Shown: positions 46,652 through 57,394 of the stretch, one piece after another
Position numbering within the stretch: the stretch's first letter is position 1
How the letters are laid out: each line of letters opens with the position of its first letter
Source of the DNA: an uncultured Pelagibacteraceae bacterium
GTDB lineage: Bacteria > Pseudomonadota > Alphaproteobacteria > Pelagibacterales > Pelagibacteraceae
Direction: 5' to 3'
NCBI GenBank assembly: GCA_902588965.1
Contig: CACIRD010000005.1
Location: forward strand, 30,899-94,898
DNA: 64,000 nucleotides
Notes under the pieces: model-generated
What the model saw: only the letters and a program-made list of their open reading frames with translations
Told to the model about the DNA's origin: nothing
Databases searched by the model: none
Program-made: the position numbers and the translations under genes

Positions 46652-48352
46652 ATGATGATATCAAACTTTTTAAAAATTATCTTTACTCTACTAATGTTTT
46701 TTTTATCCACAGAAGTAAATTCAAAAACCATTAAAAATAGCTCTTTTAATACAAGTGAACTATCGAATTTTTTTTCAGGAGTTATAGCAGATAAAAATCA
46801 AGAAAATCAAAAGGCATTAAAATTTTTAAAGTCTGCAAAGAGTGTATCGAATAAATATGATCAATATTCAAAAAAGTATATAATTTCACTTGTTCTTAAT
46901 CAAAATTTAGACAGAGCAATTCAAGAGGTAAAATTTATAAGAGACAAAAAAAATGACTTTTTTGAAGCTCAACTCCTTCTTCTTTTAGATAGTATTAAGA
47001 AACAAAATTTTAAAAAAACTGATTTATACTTAAAAAAAATTTCAAAGTTCAAAGATTACGGTATGTTTGAACAAGTTATTTACGAAAGCCTTAGAGATTA
47101 TACTTTTGTCTTTAAAAATAAAAACTACAGTGAGCACAAATCAAATTTCGGAAATTTATCTTTGATTAATAAAGCTTTTTTTAGTTGTTATTTAGATGAT
47201 AAAAATACAATTGCTTACTTTGAAAATTTAAACAATTCTCAATCTGCTGATTATTCCCGATATATTTTTTTTTATACTGGATATTTGTTGAAAAAGAATA
47301 AAACAAGTATGGCAAAAAATCTATTAGGCCAGAAAGATGACTTAAATAGTAGTTTAATTGTTTTGCAGTCTAAATCATGGATTGACCAAAAAAAGGTTGA
47401 AAATTTTGAAGAGTTTTTTTCCTGTAAGAATGAGCTTGATCTTCTTGCAGAATTTTTTTTTCTAATATCAAACCTTTACTCTAGCGAAGGTTACTTTAAA
47501 AAATCTAACTTTTATTTAAATATATCTCATTATTTAAACGATAAATTTAAATTCAATTTAACACTAATGGCGGAGAATTTTTATTCAATTGGTAATTTTA
47601 AAGAAACAAAAAATATATTAAGCAACTTTAGTGAACAAGATGAACTTTATTATTGGTATAAAATAAAAAAAATATCCAACATTATTTCTAAAGAAGAGTC
47701 AGATGATTTAGCTCTAGATTATATAGAAAAAAAATTTAAAAAAATTAAAAATCCACAATTAAAAATTGTTTACGATACAGCAAATATTTATAAAAATTTT
47801 AAGAAGTATGAAAAGGCAATTGAACTATATTCAAAACTAATGGAAAATATTAATAAAAAAAGTGATACGTTTGCTGACTTGCTTTATAAAAGAGGTGGTT
47901 GTTATGAAAGGTTAGGATATTACAAAAAAGCTGATAAAGATTTATTAGATGCATTAAATATAATTCCAGATAACTCTTATGTATTAAATTATCTAGCTTA
48001 CTCATGGCTTGAACGGGGCTATAATATTAATAATGCAATTCTGATGTTGGAAAAAGCTTATAGTCAAAATGAAAATGACCCATACATTATTGACTCTGTA
48101 GGCTGGGGTTACTATTTAATAGGAAAATTTGATGATGCAGAAAAACTTATGAAAAAAGCTTTGGAACAAATGCCAAACGATCCAATCGTAAACGATCATT
48201 ACGGTGATATTTTGTGGAGTCTTAATAAAAAAATACAAGCATCATATTTTTGGAAAAATGCTCTTAAGTCGGAAGAGGCAGATAAGGAAATGAAAAAAAA
48301 AATTAAAGCTAAATTACTTTTAGGACCAGAAAATATAAATGAAAGTTTATAA
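46652..48352 (+). CDS. Tetratricopeptide-repeat protein with signal peptide
   Basis: N-terminal signal-like segment and C-terminal TPR units (e.g. YKRGGCYERLGYYKKADKDLLDALNIIPDN). Lying upstream of ispE is a common alphaproteobacterial arrangement. Confidence 0.7.
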   Translation: MMISNFLKIIFTLLMFFLSTEVNSKTIKNSSFNTSELSNFFSGVIADKNQENQKALKFLKSAKSVSNKYDQYSKKYIISLVLNQNLDRAIQEVKFIRDKKNDFFEAQLLLLLDSIKKQNFKKTDLYLKKISKFKDYGMFEQVIYESLRDYTFVFKNKNYSEHKSNFGNLSLINKAFFSCYLDDKNTIAYFENLNNSQSADYSRYIFFYTGYLLKKNKTSMAKNLLGQKDDLNSSLIVLQSKSWIDQKKVENFEEFFSCKNELDLLAEFFFLISNLYSSEGYFKKSNFYLNISHYLNDKFKFNLTLMAENFYSIGNFKETKNILSNFSEQDELYYWYKIKKISNIISKEESDDLALDYIEKKFKKIKNPQLKIVYDTANIYKNFKKYEKAIELYSKLMENINKKSDTFADLLYKRGGCYERLGYYKKADKDLLDALNIIPDNSYVLNYLAYSWLERGYNINNAILMLEKAYSQNENDPYIIDSVGWGYYLIGKFDDAEKLMKKALEQMPNDPIVNDHYGDILWSLNKKIQASYFWKNALKSEEADKEMKKKIKAKLLLGPENINESL

Positions 48353-49184
48353 ACTACATTCTTACGCTAAAATTAATTTAAATTTAAATGTTATTAAAAA
48401 ATTAAAAAATAAAAATCTACATGCAATCGAAAGTTTGGTTGTATTTATAAATTTGTCAGATTTAATAGAAATTAAAAGAATTAACTATCATCATCATAGA
48501 GTTATATTTCAAGGTAAATTTTCAAAAGGTATAAAAAAAAAGAATTCGGTTACAAATTTACTTAATTTTTTAGATAAAAAAAAACTCCTAGGTGAAAAAA
48601 AATATAAAATTTTTATTAAAAAAAATATTCCCCAACAGTCTGGCATGGGAGGGGGATCTATGAATGCAGCCTCAATATTAAATTTTTTTTATAAAAAAGG
48701 TATAATAAATTTAACCAATGTAAGACTATGCTCAAAAAAAATTGGCTCAGATGTTTTACTCGGCATAAATAAAAAACCAAAAATTCTTTTTTCTGATGGC
48801 AAAATAAAGGAAACTAAGAAAAATTTTAATTATTGGATTGTTTTAATTAAACCTTTGAAAGGTTGTTCAACCAAAGAAATTTATTCCAAGAATAAATCTT
48901 TCTCAAAAAAAGAGTATAAATATAATAAAAATTTCCAAATTTCAGAAAGTCTTATTTTGAAAGGTAAAAATGACCTAGAAAAAGCTGCATTTCAAAAGTA
49001 CCCCCTATTAAAGCATTTAAAAAATAAGCTTTTAAAGAATCAAAAAGCTAAATTTGTAAGAATGACAGGTTCTGGGTCGACATTAGTGGTGTATTTTAAG
49101 TCGAAAGTTTATGCAAAAAATGCTTTTAAATTATATAAAAGGAAATTAAATAATTGCTGGTGTTTTTTAACAAAAATAATATAA
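48339..49184 (+). CDS. ispE: 4-diphosphocytidyl-2-C-methyl-D-erythritol kinase
   Basis: KINLNLNV N-terminus and GHMP kinase motif PQQSGMGGGSMNAAS. Confidence 0.85.
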   Translation: MKVYKLHSYAKINLNLNVIKKLKNKNLHAIESLVVFINLSDLIEIKRINYHHHRVIFQGKFSKGIKKKNSVTNLLNFLDKKKLLGEKKYKIFIKKNIPQQSGMGGGSMNAASILNFFYKKGIINLTNVRLCSKKIGSDVLLGINKKPKILFSDGKIKETKKNFNYWIVLIKPLKGCSTKEIYSKNKSFSKKEYKYNKNFQISESLILKGKNDLEKAAFQKYPLLKHLKNKLLKNQKAKFVRMTGSGSTLVVYFKSKVYAKNAFKLYKRKLNNCWCFLTKII

Positions 49185-49217
49185 AAATTTACTTTTTAAA
49201 AAGTAACAACTTAACTT

Positions 49218-49292
49218 TGGGGCGTAGCCAAGTGGTAAGGCAGCGGTTTTTGGTACCGCCATTCCTAGGTTCGAATCCTAGCGCCCCAGCCA
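49218..49292 (+). tRNA. tRNA-Gln (anticodon UUG), CCA encoded
   Basis: Hand-folded cloverleaf. Acceptor TGGGGCG/CGCCCCA (U1-A72), discriminator G73 and CCA. D arm GCC-AAGTGGTAA-GGC. Anticodon stem GCGGT/ACCGC with loop TTTTGGT, giving anticodon TTG. T arm CTAGG-TTCGAAT-CCTAG. It is very similar to E. coli tRNA-Gln(UUG). Confidence 0.92.
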
Positions 49293-49295
49293 AAT

Positions 49296-50564
49296 ATGTT
49301 TAATATATTAATTAAATTTTTAAAAAAAAAGAATAACAATATAATTTTTGAATTTTCCGAAATAAAAAAAAAAAATAATATTAAAAAAATATTTAATGCG
49401 ATTGATGACTATTCATCTACTAGCGAAATAAGATATGTAGGTGGCTGTGTAAGAAAAGTTCTGAACAATGAAAATATAGATGATATAGATTTAGCAGTTA
49501 ATATTGATCCTGCCAAGGTTAAAGAGGCCTTAGAAAAAAAAGGGATTAAGTATTACGAGACAGGTATTGATCATGGAACAATTACAGCTGTAATAGAAAA
49601 TGACAAGTATGAAATTACTTCTCTAAGAAGTGATATTTCTACAGATGGAAGACATGCAAAAGTCAAATTCACAAATGACTGGCTAAAGGATGCCCAAAGA
49701 AGAGATTTTACAATAAATTCAATTTATTCTGATAAGTCTGGCAATTTATTTGATCCGTTTGATGGAAAAAAAGATTTAAAAAATGGTAAAGTTATATTCA
49801 TTGGAGATATAGAAAATCGCATTAAGGAGGATTACTTAAGAATTTTACGTTATCTAAGATTTTTTTCAATTTATAGCAATGATGATCATGAACTTAAAGT
49901 AAAAAAAATATTAAAAAAAAATATCAAAGGTATTAAAAAAATATCTCATGAAAGATTGCTTGATGAATTCAAAAAAATATTAAAATCTAATATTTTAGTA
50001 AAATTGTGTGACGATGAATTCTCCTTAGAAATGATTAAATTTATTTTTCCACAATTTATAAATATTGATAGTGTGAAAAAATTCAACCAGTTTAATAAAA
50101 ATAGAATTAATGAAATGGATTTTTGTTTTATTCTATCTTTATTAATTATAGACGGGACAGACAACCTAGATTACTTTAATTATAAATTTAATATTTCTAA
50201 GCAGTATCAAAAAAGGATGAAATTTATTAAAAACTTTTTTTTTAATAAAAATAAAGAAAATAAATTCAATACAACAAACTTATGGAAAATTTTTTATAAA
50301 TTTGGTAAGGACAGTTTATTTGATGTATTGAATTACCAACTTTTTACATCTAAAAATATTGATAAAAAAATCATAAAACATTTAAATTTTTTTAAAGATA
50401 AAAGTATCCCAATTTTTCCTATCAAAGGTCATACATTAATTAAAAAATTTGGGATTCCCGAGGGTGAAAAAATAGGAGAAAATTTAAAATTGATTGAAAA
50501 TTTTTGGTTAGACAATAATTTTAAGATCTCTGAAAAAGACCTAAAGAGAATAGTTAAACACTAG
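49296..50564 (+). CDS. cca: tRNA nucleotidyltransferase (CCA-adding enzyme) / poly(A) polymerase family
   Basis: YVGGCVRK...DDIDLAV (class II nucleotidyltransferase head) and RRDFTINS; 422 aa. Confidence 0.85.
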   Translation: MFNILIKFLKKKNNNIIFEFSEIKKKNNIKKIFNAIDDYSSTSEIRYVGGCVRKVLNNENIDDIDLAVNIDPAKVKEALEKKGIKYYETGIDHGTITAVIENDKYEITSLRSDISTDGRHAKVKFTNDWLKDAQRRDFTINSIYSDKSGNLFDPFDGKKDLKNGKVIFIGDIENRIKEDYLRILRYLRFFSIYSNDDHELKVKKILKKNIKGIKKISHERLLDEFKKILKSNILVKLCDDEFSLEMIKFIFPQFINIDSVKKFNQFNKNRINEMDFCFILSLLIIDGTDNLDYFNYKFNISKQYQKRMKFIKNFFFNKNKENKFNTTNLWKIFYKFGKDSLFDVLNYQLFTSKNIDKKIIKHLNFFKDKSIPIFPIKGHTLIKKFGIPEGEKIGENLKLIENFWLDNNFKISEKDLKRIVKH

Positions 50565-51037
50565 ATATACTTAACGTCCTTAATTTCAAAATTTTTTAGG
50601 CCAGCTGGAGTGTTTACCTCAACTAGATCTCCTTTAGTTTTTCCAATTAAGCCTTTTCCAATCGGAGATTTAAAATAAATTAATTTATTTTCAATATTGG
50701 CTTCATCTTTCCCAACAATTTTATAGTTTACATTCTCATTGGTATCTAAATTTATAAGATACACTGTAGATCCAAATATTACTTTTCCGTCATTTGATAT
50801 TTTAGTAACATCAATTACATTAGCTCTTGCAATTATATCATTAATCTCTTCTATTCTACCTTCGTTATGTGATTGCTGTTCTTTAGCTGCGTGATACTCC
50901 GCATTTTCTTTTAAATCTCCATGGGACCTTGCTTCAGAAATTGCACTCACAATTTCTGGCCTTTTTTTTTCCTTTAAAAAAGTCAATTCCTTTTTTAAAT
51001 TTTCTAGTCCTTGTATGGTTATCGGTTCTTTATCCAT
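50561..51037 (-). CDS. greA: Transcription elongation factor GreA
   Basis: [48 protein letters not shown]. Confidence 0.95.
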   Translation of the reverse strand: MDKEPITIQGLENLKKELTFLKEKKRPEIVSAISEARSHGDLKENAEYHAAKEQQSHNEGRIEEINDIIARANVIDVTKISNDGKVIFGSTVYLINLDTNENVNYKIVGKDEANIENKLIYFKSPIGKGLIGKTKGDLVEVNTPAGLKNFEIKDVKYI

Positions 51038-51038
51038 A

Positions 51039-51866
51039 TTATTTCCATTTTGCTAGTGGAGGTAAGGACATTAAAATTGCCTCTGTGTTACCGCCAGTTT
51101 GTAATCCAAATTTCGTTCCTCTGTCATAAAGTAAATTGAATTCAACATATCTTCCTCTTTTTAAATATTGAATATTTTTTTCTTTTTTTGTCCATTTTTT
51201 TTGTTTCTTTTTTTCTATAATATTATTAAATATTTTTTTAAACGTAATTCCAATATCTCTTACAAAAGCAAAATCTTTTTTCCAGTTATCTTTTTTATAA
51301 TCAAAAAATATTCCCCCAATACCTCTTGGCTCTTTTCTATGTGGAAGATAGAAGTATAAATCACACCATTTTTTAAATTTTTTATAATAATTTTTATTAT
51401 GCCTATCACATGATTTTTTAAGTTCTTGGTGTAACCATTTTTTTAATTTTTCATCTTTTAAACAAGGTGTAACATCCATACCTCCCCCAAACCACCCATG
51501 AGATGTATAGATAAACCTAGTATTAAAATGTATTGCAGGGATATGAGGATTTTTCATATGCATAACTACTGATATACCAGACGCCCAAAATTTTGAACTT
51601 TTACTTGTTCCAGGCACTGAACTTTTAAATTTTTTTGAAAGATTTCCGTAAACCTCAGAAAAATTTACGCCAACTTTATCAAATACTTTACCATTTTCAA
51701 AAATTCTAAACTCTCCACCACCTTCTTTTTTATTCTTTCCTCTAGACCATTTTTTTGAAACAAATATTTTTTTTTTTCCTTCTATTTTTTCGATATCATT
51801 ACAAATAATGTTTTGAAGAAGCATAAACCATTCTTTTACGACTTTTTTTTTTACTCTATTTTGCAT
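51039..51866 (-). CDS. hemF: Oxygen-dependent coproporphyrinogen III oxidase
   Basis: [35 protein letters not shown] and [19 protein letters not shown]. Confidence 0.92.
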   Translation of the reverse strand: MQNRVKKKVVKEWFMLLQNIICNDIEKIEGKKKIFVSKKWSRGKNKKEGGGEFRIFENGKVFDKVGVNFSEVYGNLSKKFKSSVPGTSKSSKFWASGISVVMHMKNPHIPAIHFNTRFIYTSHGWFGGGMDVTPCLKDEKLKKWLHQELKKSCDRHNKNYYKKFKKWCDLYFYLPHRKEPRGIGGIFFDYKKDNWKKDFAFVRDIGITFKKIFNNIIEKKKQKKWTKKEKNIQYLKRGRYVEFNLLYDRGTKFGLQTGGNTEAILMSLPPLAKWK

Positions 51867-52334
51867 TTATTTTGTTTGTCTTAAACTTTCTGCCAATATA
51901 ATCGCAACAGAGGTTGATAAATTTAGGGATCTTCTTTCTTTTACCATGGGTATCTTAACTTTATTTTTGAGCAATTCGTGAATCTTTTTGGGCACTCCTT
52001 TGCTTTCCCTTCCAAATAAAATTGTATCATTTTTTTTAAATTTAAAGTCAGTATATAATTTTTTTGCTTTTGTAGTAACTAAAATAACCCTCTTGTTTTT
52101 TTTTGTTTTAAAAAATTCATCAGCGCTTAAGTAAAACTTAATATTTTTTAAATCAATATAATCCATTGCAACTCTTTTAAATCTTTTATCGTTAAACAAA
52201 AAACCACAAGGCTCTATAATCTCCAAAGATGCACCGAGACAAGAACAAGTCCTGATTATTGAAGCAGTATTTTGAGGTATATCTGGCTCATATAGGGCTA
52301 TTTTTGGAGTAAAATTAGAGCGTTTATGTGTCAT
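51867..52334 (-). CDS. trmL: tRNA (cytidine/uridine-2'-O)-methyltransferase TrmL (SpoU family)
   Basis: 155-aa SpoU/TrmH fold with LFGRESKGVP and SLNLSTSVAI. Confidence 0.85.
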   Translation of the reverse strand: MTHKRSNFTPKIALYEPDIPQNTASIIRTCSCLGASLEIIEPCGFLFNDKRFKRVAMDYIDLKNIKFYLSADEFFKTKKNKRVILVTTKAKKLYTDFKFKKNDTILFGRESKGVPKKIHELLKNKVKIPMVKERRSLNLSTSVAIILAESLRQTK

Positions 52335-52404
52335 TCTTTCAGTGGAAATTATACTTTTTTAATATAAGAAATCATATATTAAATAGCTTTTTAATAACTA
52401 ATAA

Positions 52405-52914
52405 ATGTCAGAAAAAAAACACAAAAGAAGAGAATTTATATTCACTGCATCATATGCTTTGGGTGCTGTGGGTATAGGCGCAACAGTATGGCCGTTAATT
52501 GACCAGATGAACCCAGATGCTTCTGTGAAAGCACTTGCCAGTACGGAAGTAGACATAAGCAATGTTGAAAAAGGTAAATCAATAACAGTATTATGGAGAG
52601 GAAAACCTGTTTTTATTAAGAGAAGAACAGACGAAGAAATATCGGAAGCAAGAAATGTTAAAATTGATGAATTAAAACATCCCGAGAAGGACGAAGACAG
52701 GGCTAAAAATCCTGAGTGGCTAGTAATGCTCGGAGTATGTACACATTTAGGATGTGTACCTTTAGGTGATAAGGGTGAATATGGCGGATGGTTTTGTCCT
52801 TGTCATGGATCTCACTACGATACATCGGGTAGAATTAGAAAAGGCCCAGCACCAACAAATATGGAGATTCCTAAATACGAATTTTTAAACAACAATACGA
52901 TTAAAATTGGATAA
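52405..52914 (+). CDS. petA: Ubiquinol-cytochrome c reductase Rieske iron-sulfur subunit
   Basis: Twin-Arg-like KRREFIF and Rieske boxes CTHLGC and CPCHGSHY. Confidence 0.95.
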   Translation: MSEKKHKRREFIFTASYALGAVGIGATVWPLIDQMNPDASVKALASTEVDISNVEKGKSITVLWRGKPVFIKRRTDEEISEARNVKIDELKHPEKDEDRAKNPEWLVMLGVCTHLGCVPLGDKGEYGGWFCPCHGSHYDTSGRIRKGPAPTNMEIPKYEFLNNNTIKIG

Positions 52915-52921
52915 ATAATTT

Positions 52922-54181
52922 ATGAGCGAACATAATTACACCCCTGAATCAAAATTTGGCAAATGGTTTAATGATCGTTTGCCCTTACTAACATTAAGCA
53001 AACATCTAACAGATTATCCAACTCCTAAAAATTTAAATTATTGGTGGACTTTTGGCGGTATTTTGACCTTTTGTCTTATTACTCAAATTGTAACAGGTTT
53101 AATACTGGCAATGCACTATGTTGCTCATGCTGGATTAGCATTTAGTAGTGTTGAACATATAATGAGGAATGTAAATTATGGATGGTTAATAAGATATGTT
53201 CATGCTAACGGCGCATCTATGTTTTTTTTAGCTGTTTATATTCATATTTTTAGATCTCTTTATTATGGATCATATAAATCCCCTAGAGAAATAATATGGA
53301 TATTAGGGATGATAATTTATATACTCATGATGGCTGCTGCATTTATGGGTTACGTGCTTCCATGGGGACAGATGAGTTTTTGGGGAGCAACTGTCATAAC
53401 AAATTTATTTAGCGCGATACCACTGGTAGGGGAGAGCATTGTAACATGGTTATGGGGAGGTTACTCTGTAGATAATCCAACTTTAACAAGATTTTTTAGC
53501 TTACATTATTTAATACCTTTTTTAATATTAGGTTTAGTCGTGCTTCATATATGGGCACTTCATGTTCCGGGAAATAATAATCCAATAGGAATAGATTTGA
53601 AAAAACCATCTAAAGATACAGTCCCATTTCACCCATACATAGTTATAAAGGATTTATTTGCTTTATTATTATTTTTAATAGTATTTGCTTTTTTTGTTTT
53701 TTATTCACCAAATATTTTAGGACATGCAGATAATTATATTGAAGCAAACCCAATGGTCACACCAGCTCATATTGTTCCTGAGTGGTATCTTTTACCTTTT
53801 TACGCAATTTTGCGATCAGTTCCTGACAAGTTGCTTGGTGTTATTGCTATGTTTGGAGCTCTATTTGTTTTGATAATCTTACCGTGGCTTGATACATCAA
53901 AAACAAGATCTGCTATTTTTAGACCTTTGTATAAACAATTTTATTGGTTCTTGGTAATTGATGTTTTAGTTTTAGGTTATGTAGGAGCTATGCCAGCAGA
54001 AGGAACTTATCTACTTATTGCAAGAGTTGCAACTGCTTACTACTTTGCTCATTTTTTAATAATTTTACCCTTATTAGGGAAGAAAGAGAAAGCTCTAGAA
54101 GTTCCACTGAGTATAACAGAACCAATTTTAGGCGGCTCTGTAGCAACATCATCCATGAAAAGGCAAAAAGAAAAAATATGA
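52922..54181 (+). CDS. petB: Cytochrome b
   Basis: 419-aa polytopic protein with the [11 protein letters not shown] region and the [14 protein letters not shown] (PEWY) motif. Confidence 0.96.
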   Translation: MSEHNYTPESKFGKWFNDRLPLLTLSKHLTDYPTPKNLNYWWTFGGILTFCLITQIVTGLILAMHYVAHAGLAFSSVEHIMRNVNYGWLIRYVHANGASMFFLAVYIHIFRSLYYGSYKSPREIIWILGMIIYILMMAAAFMGYVLPWGQMSFWGATVITNLFSAIPLVGESIVTWLWGGYSVDNPTLTRFFSLHYLIPFLILGLVVLHIWALHVPGNNNPIGIDLKKPSKDTVPFHPYIVIKDLFALLLFLIVFAFFVFYSPNILGHADNYIEANPMVTPAHIVPEWYLLPFYAILRSVPDKLLGVIAMFGALFVLIILPWLDTSKTRSAIFRPLYKQFYWFLVIDVLVLGYVGAMPAEGTYLLIARVATAYYFAHFLIILPLLGKKEKALEVPLSITEPILGGSVATSSMKRQKEKI

Positions 54182-54960
54182 ATAAAAAATTTCTAAAATT
54201 TTTTTCTTTATTCTTATTTTTCATATTTAGTTTATCTGCTACGGCAGCTGAAAAAACTGCCGATTTATTAAACCCAGGCTGGAGTTTTAAAGGTTTTTTC
54301 GGAAAATTTGATAGAGGATCTTTGCAAAGAGGATATCAGGTTTACACTGAAGTATGTGCAGCTTGCCACTCAATGAAGCATTTGAGTTATAGAAATTTAT
54401 CTGAGCCAGGAGGACCAGAATTCAGCAAAGACCAAGTAAAAATTATTGCTTCACAGTTTGAAGTTACTGATGGACCAAATGATGATGGTGAAATGTTTGT
54501 TAGACCAGCAAGACCATCAGATAGTTTTGTAAGTCCCTATGAAAATAATAAAGCCGCAGCCGCAGCAAATGGTGGAGCTTACCCGCCTGATATGTCCGTA
54601 CTAGTAAAAGCGAGAAAAGGAGGTGCAGACTACATATATTCGTTATTACTTGGCTATGACGATCCGCCTTCAGGTGTCACGCTTGATGATGGAGTATATT
54701 ATAACAAATACATGGCTGGAAATAAAATTAAAATGTCAAATCCTTTAGAAGATGACTTACTTGAATATTCTGATGGCACATCTGCTACACAAGAACAAAT
54801 GGCCAGGGATGTTACGACGTTTTTAGCTTGGGCAGCTGAACCACATTTAGAACAAAGACACAAAATTGGATTTAGAGCAATAATATATTTAATTATATTG
54901 AGTGTTTTAGTTTATTTTAGTATGAAAAAAATATGGTCACGTGTTGAATCTGAAGTTTAA
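54178..54960 (+). CDS. petC: Cytochrome c1
   Basis: Signal peptide, heme motif [15 protein letters not shown] and a C-terminal TM anchor. Confidence 0.93.
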   Translation: MNKKFLKFFSLFLFFIFSLSATAAEKTADLLNPGWSFKGFFGKFDRGSLQRGYQVYTEVCAACHSMKHLSYRNLSEPGGPEFSKDQVKIIASQFEVTDGPNDDGEMFVRPARPSDSFVSPYENNKAAAAANGGAYPPDMSVLVKARKGGADYIYSLLLGYDDPPSGVTLDDGVYYNKYMAGNKIKMSNPLEDDLLEYSDGTSATQEQMARDVTTFLAWAAEPHLEQRHKIGFRAIIYLIILSVLVYFSMKKIWSRVESEV

Positions 54961-56010
54961 AATATCTCCATCTTTGACAATATAATCTTTGCCCTCCAGT
55001 CTCATTTTTCCATTATTTTTGCAATTTAACCAACCTTTATTTTTAACAAAATCATTATAAGAAATAGCTTCAGCTCTAATAAAGCCTTTTTCAAAATCGG
55101 TATGTATTTCACCTGCAGCTTTTGGAGCAATACAATTTTTATTAATAGTCCAGGCTCTTGTTTCCTTTGGACCTGATGTAAAATAAGTTTCTAAATTTAA
55201 AATCTTATAACCTTTTCTTATAAGTTTATTTAATCCGTTTTCTTCCATTCCCAAAATACTCATGTAATTTTTTTTTTCATCACCATTAAGTTCATTAATT
55301 TGATTTTCTATATCTGCTGAAATTATTAAGGTATTTTCTTCACCAAATTTTTTAATAAAAGCTTTAGTATAATTATTTCCAGTTTGGATACTTTTTTCAT
55401 CTACATTACATACAAATATTTTTGGTTTTATCGAAAGTAAACCAACTTGATTTAGACTTTTAGTATCAAATTCGTTCAGTAAATTAGATAAACCCAGATT
55501 ATTGTTCAAACAGTCCAGAGCTATTTGTAATATTTTTAAATGTTTTTCGTCAATATTTTTTTTGTTTTTTTTATCTAATCTTTTTTGAATAGAATCTAAA
55601 TCTGCAAGCATCATTTCAGTTTCAATGATTTCTAAATCTCTTACAGGGTCAACATTTTTATTTACATTTTGGATATCATCAGAATCAAAACATCGAATCA
55701 TATGTATTACTGCATCAACTTCTCTAATATGTGATAAAAATTTATTTCCTAAACCTTCTCCTTTAGACGCACCTTTAACTAGTCCTGCAATATCTACAAA
55801 TGATATGAAAGCATTAATTTTTTTTTTTGAAGATGAAATTTCCGTTAATATATCTAGTCTCTCATCTGGAACAGGAACTATTCCAATGTTAGGATCGATA
55901 GTACAAAATGGAAAATTTTCTGCTTGTGCTTTATTTGAGTTAGTTAAAGCATTAAACAATGTAGATTTTCCTACGTTAGGCAAACCTACAATTCCACATT
56001 TAAAACCCAT
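54937..56010 (-). CDS. ychF: Ribosome-binding ATPase YchF
   Basis: MGFKCGIVGLPNVGKSTLFNALT and a C-terminal TGS-like domain. Confidence 0.95.
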   Translation of the reverse strand: MGFKCGIVGLPNVGKSTLFNALTNSNKAQAENFPFCTIDPNIGIVPVPDERLDILTEISSSKKKINAFISFVDIAGLVKGASKGEGLGNKFLSHIREVDAVIHMIRCFDSDDIQNVNKNVDPVRDLEIIETEMMLADLDSIQKRLDKKNKKNIDEKHLKILQIALDCLNNNLGLSNLLNEFDTKSLNQVGLLSIKPKIFVCNVDEKSIQTGNNYTKAFIKKFGEENTLIISADIENQINELNGDEKKNYMSILGMEENGLNKLIRKGYKILNLETYFTSGPKETRAWTINKNCIAPKAAGEIHTDFEKGFIRAEAISYNDFVKNKGWLNCKNNGKMRLEGKDYIVKDGDILNFRFNT

Positions 56011-56571
56011 TTACTTATTATTTACTGTGCTTGAGAATAAATCTAATTTTTTATCAATAAGAATTGCAAGAGATTCTGTTATATTTTTTGTAATAGAATC
56101 AAGTTCTAATTTTTCATCATCGTTAAAATCTTGCAAAACATGTTCCGATACACCCTCTTTATTTTTTGGATGACCTATTCCGATTCTGACTCTTGAATAG
56201 TCTTTTCCAATGAACTTGTCTATAGACTCAATTCCATTATGGCCAGCGCTAGATCCTCCAAATTTGGTTTTGACTTTTCCAAAATCAATATCTAGATCGT
56301 CATGAAAAACTATGACATTCTCAGAATCTATCTTAAAATATTCAATTAATTCTCTTATACAAATTCCAGAATTGTTCATAAAAGTTAAAGGTTTTATTGC
56401 ATACACTTTTTTTCCACCTATTGTGCCAGTTGTCAGTAGACCTTTAAATTTTGGTTTTTGCTTAGATAAACCAAACTTTTGATTTATAGCATCGATGATT
56501 TTGAAACCTATATTATGCCTATTATTTTCTGAATTTGGTGTTGGATTTCCTAGACCTACAAATAAAAGCAT
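56011..56571 (-). CDS. pth: Peptidyl-tRNA hydrolase
   Basis: LFVGLGNP...NRHNIGF and GGSSAGHNG. Confidence 0.93.
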   Translation of the reverse strand: MLLFVGLGNPTPNSENNRHNIGFKIIDAINQKFGLSKQKPKFKGLLTTGTIGGKKVYAIKPLTFMNNSGICIRELIEYFKIDSENVIVFHDDLDIDFGKVKTKFGGSSAGHNGIESIDKFIGKDYSRVRIGIGHPKNKEGVSEHVLQDFNDDEKLELDSITKNITESLAILIDKKLDLFSSTVNNK

Positions 56572-56602
56572 AATTTAGTTATGGAATAAATTTTCTGTAT
56601 GA

Positions 56603-57349
56603 TTATTTTTTTTCACCGGGAGATTTTTTTTCATCTCCTTTTTTCGACTCGTCTTTTTTCTCACCTTTTTCAGCTTCAGGACTGGCAGTTTTAGCATCGC
56701 CTTCTCCACCTTCAGTAGTCGCTGCACCTTCTGCTCCTTCAGTGCCTTCTGCTCCCTCAGTAGTTTCCGCTGGTTTTTCTGGCTCTTTAATTATTGTCGG
56801 GGCAGCTACAGTTGCAACAACAAAGTCTCTACCTTGAATTGTTGGTGTAACTTTATCTGGTAATTTAATTGATGAAATTTTGATACTTTGACCAATGTCT
56901 GTTCCATCCAAATCAACAATTAGTTCAGTTGGAATGTTTTCCGTAGGACATTTTAATTCAATTTTTCTTCTAACTATATTTAAAACACCACCCCTTTTTA
57001 GCCCAGGTGAATTTTCGTTATTTATAAATTTTACAGGAATTTCTAAAATAATCGTTCCTCCTTTTACGATCCTTAAAAAATCGACATGTATTGGTTCATC
57101 TGACAATGTATCAAATATAACCTCTCTCGGTAAGACGTTTTGATCTTTTCCTTCAATTTTTAAATTTATAATATTTGATAAAAAATTTTCTTTTTCCAAT
57201 AAAATTTTTAAAGTTTTTTTTGATATAGCAACATTTTGATTTTGTTCTTTTCCACCATAAATCACACCTGGCACGTTACCACTTGATCTTAGTACATGCA
57301 GTTCACCCTTAGTTTTGGTATTTCTAATGTTTGCTTCAACTGAATTCAT
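56603..57349 (-). CDS. rplY: 50S ribosomal protein L25 / Ctc, with acidic low-complexity C-terminal tail
   Basis: Ctc-form two-domain L25 (RSSGNVPGVIYG...). The last ~60 residues are E/G/A/T/K-rich. Confidence 0.9.
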   Translation of the reverse strand: MNSVEANIRNTKTKGELHVLRSSGNVPGVIYGGKEQNQNVAISKKTLKILLEKENFLSNIINLKIEGKDQNVLPREVIFDTLSDEPIHVDFLRIVKGGTIILEIPVKFINNENSPGLKRGGVLNIVRRKIELKCPTENIPTELIVDLDGTDIGQSIKISSIKLPDKVTPTIQGRDFVVATVAAPTIIKEPEKPAETTEGAEGTEGAEGAATTEGGEGDAKTASPEAEKGEKKDESKKGDEKKSPGEKK

Positions 57350-57394
57350 AAAAGTTAGGGTATTTAACCCAAGTTAATTAATAACTCAAGTAAA

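Noticed and set aside
55625-56173. A long (182-aa) plus-strand ORF. Similar antisense ORFs lie at 59605-60063, 61359-61742, 38109-38471, 20094-20462, 42646-43008, 36704-36979 and 17745-18041.
   Set aside because: Each lies antisense to a gene with clear family motifs (ychF/pth, MidA, kinase, atpI/atpB, SCO1, mutY, atpF', pirin). Their low-complexity Ser/Phe/Ile-rich translations are typical of AT-rich shadow frames.
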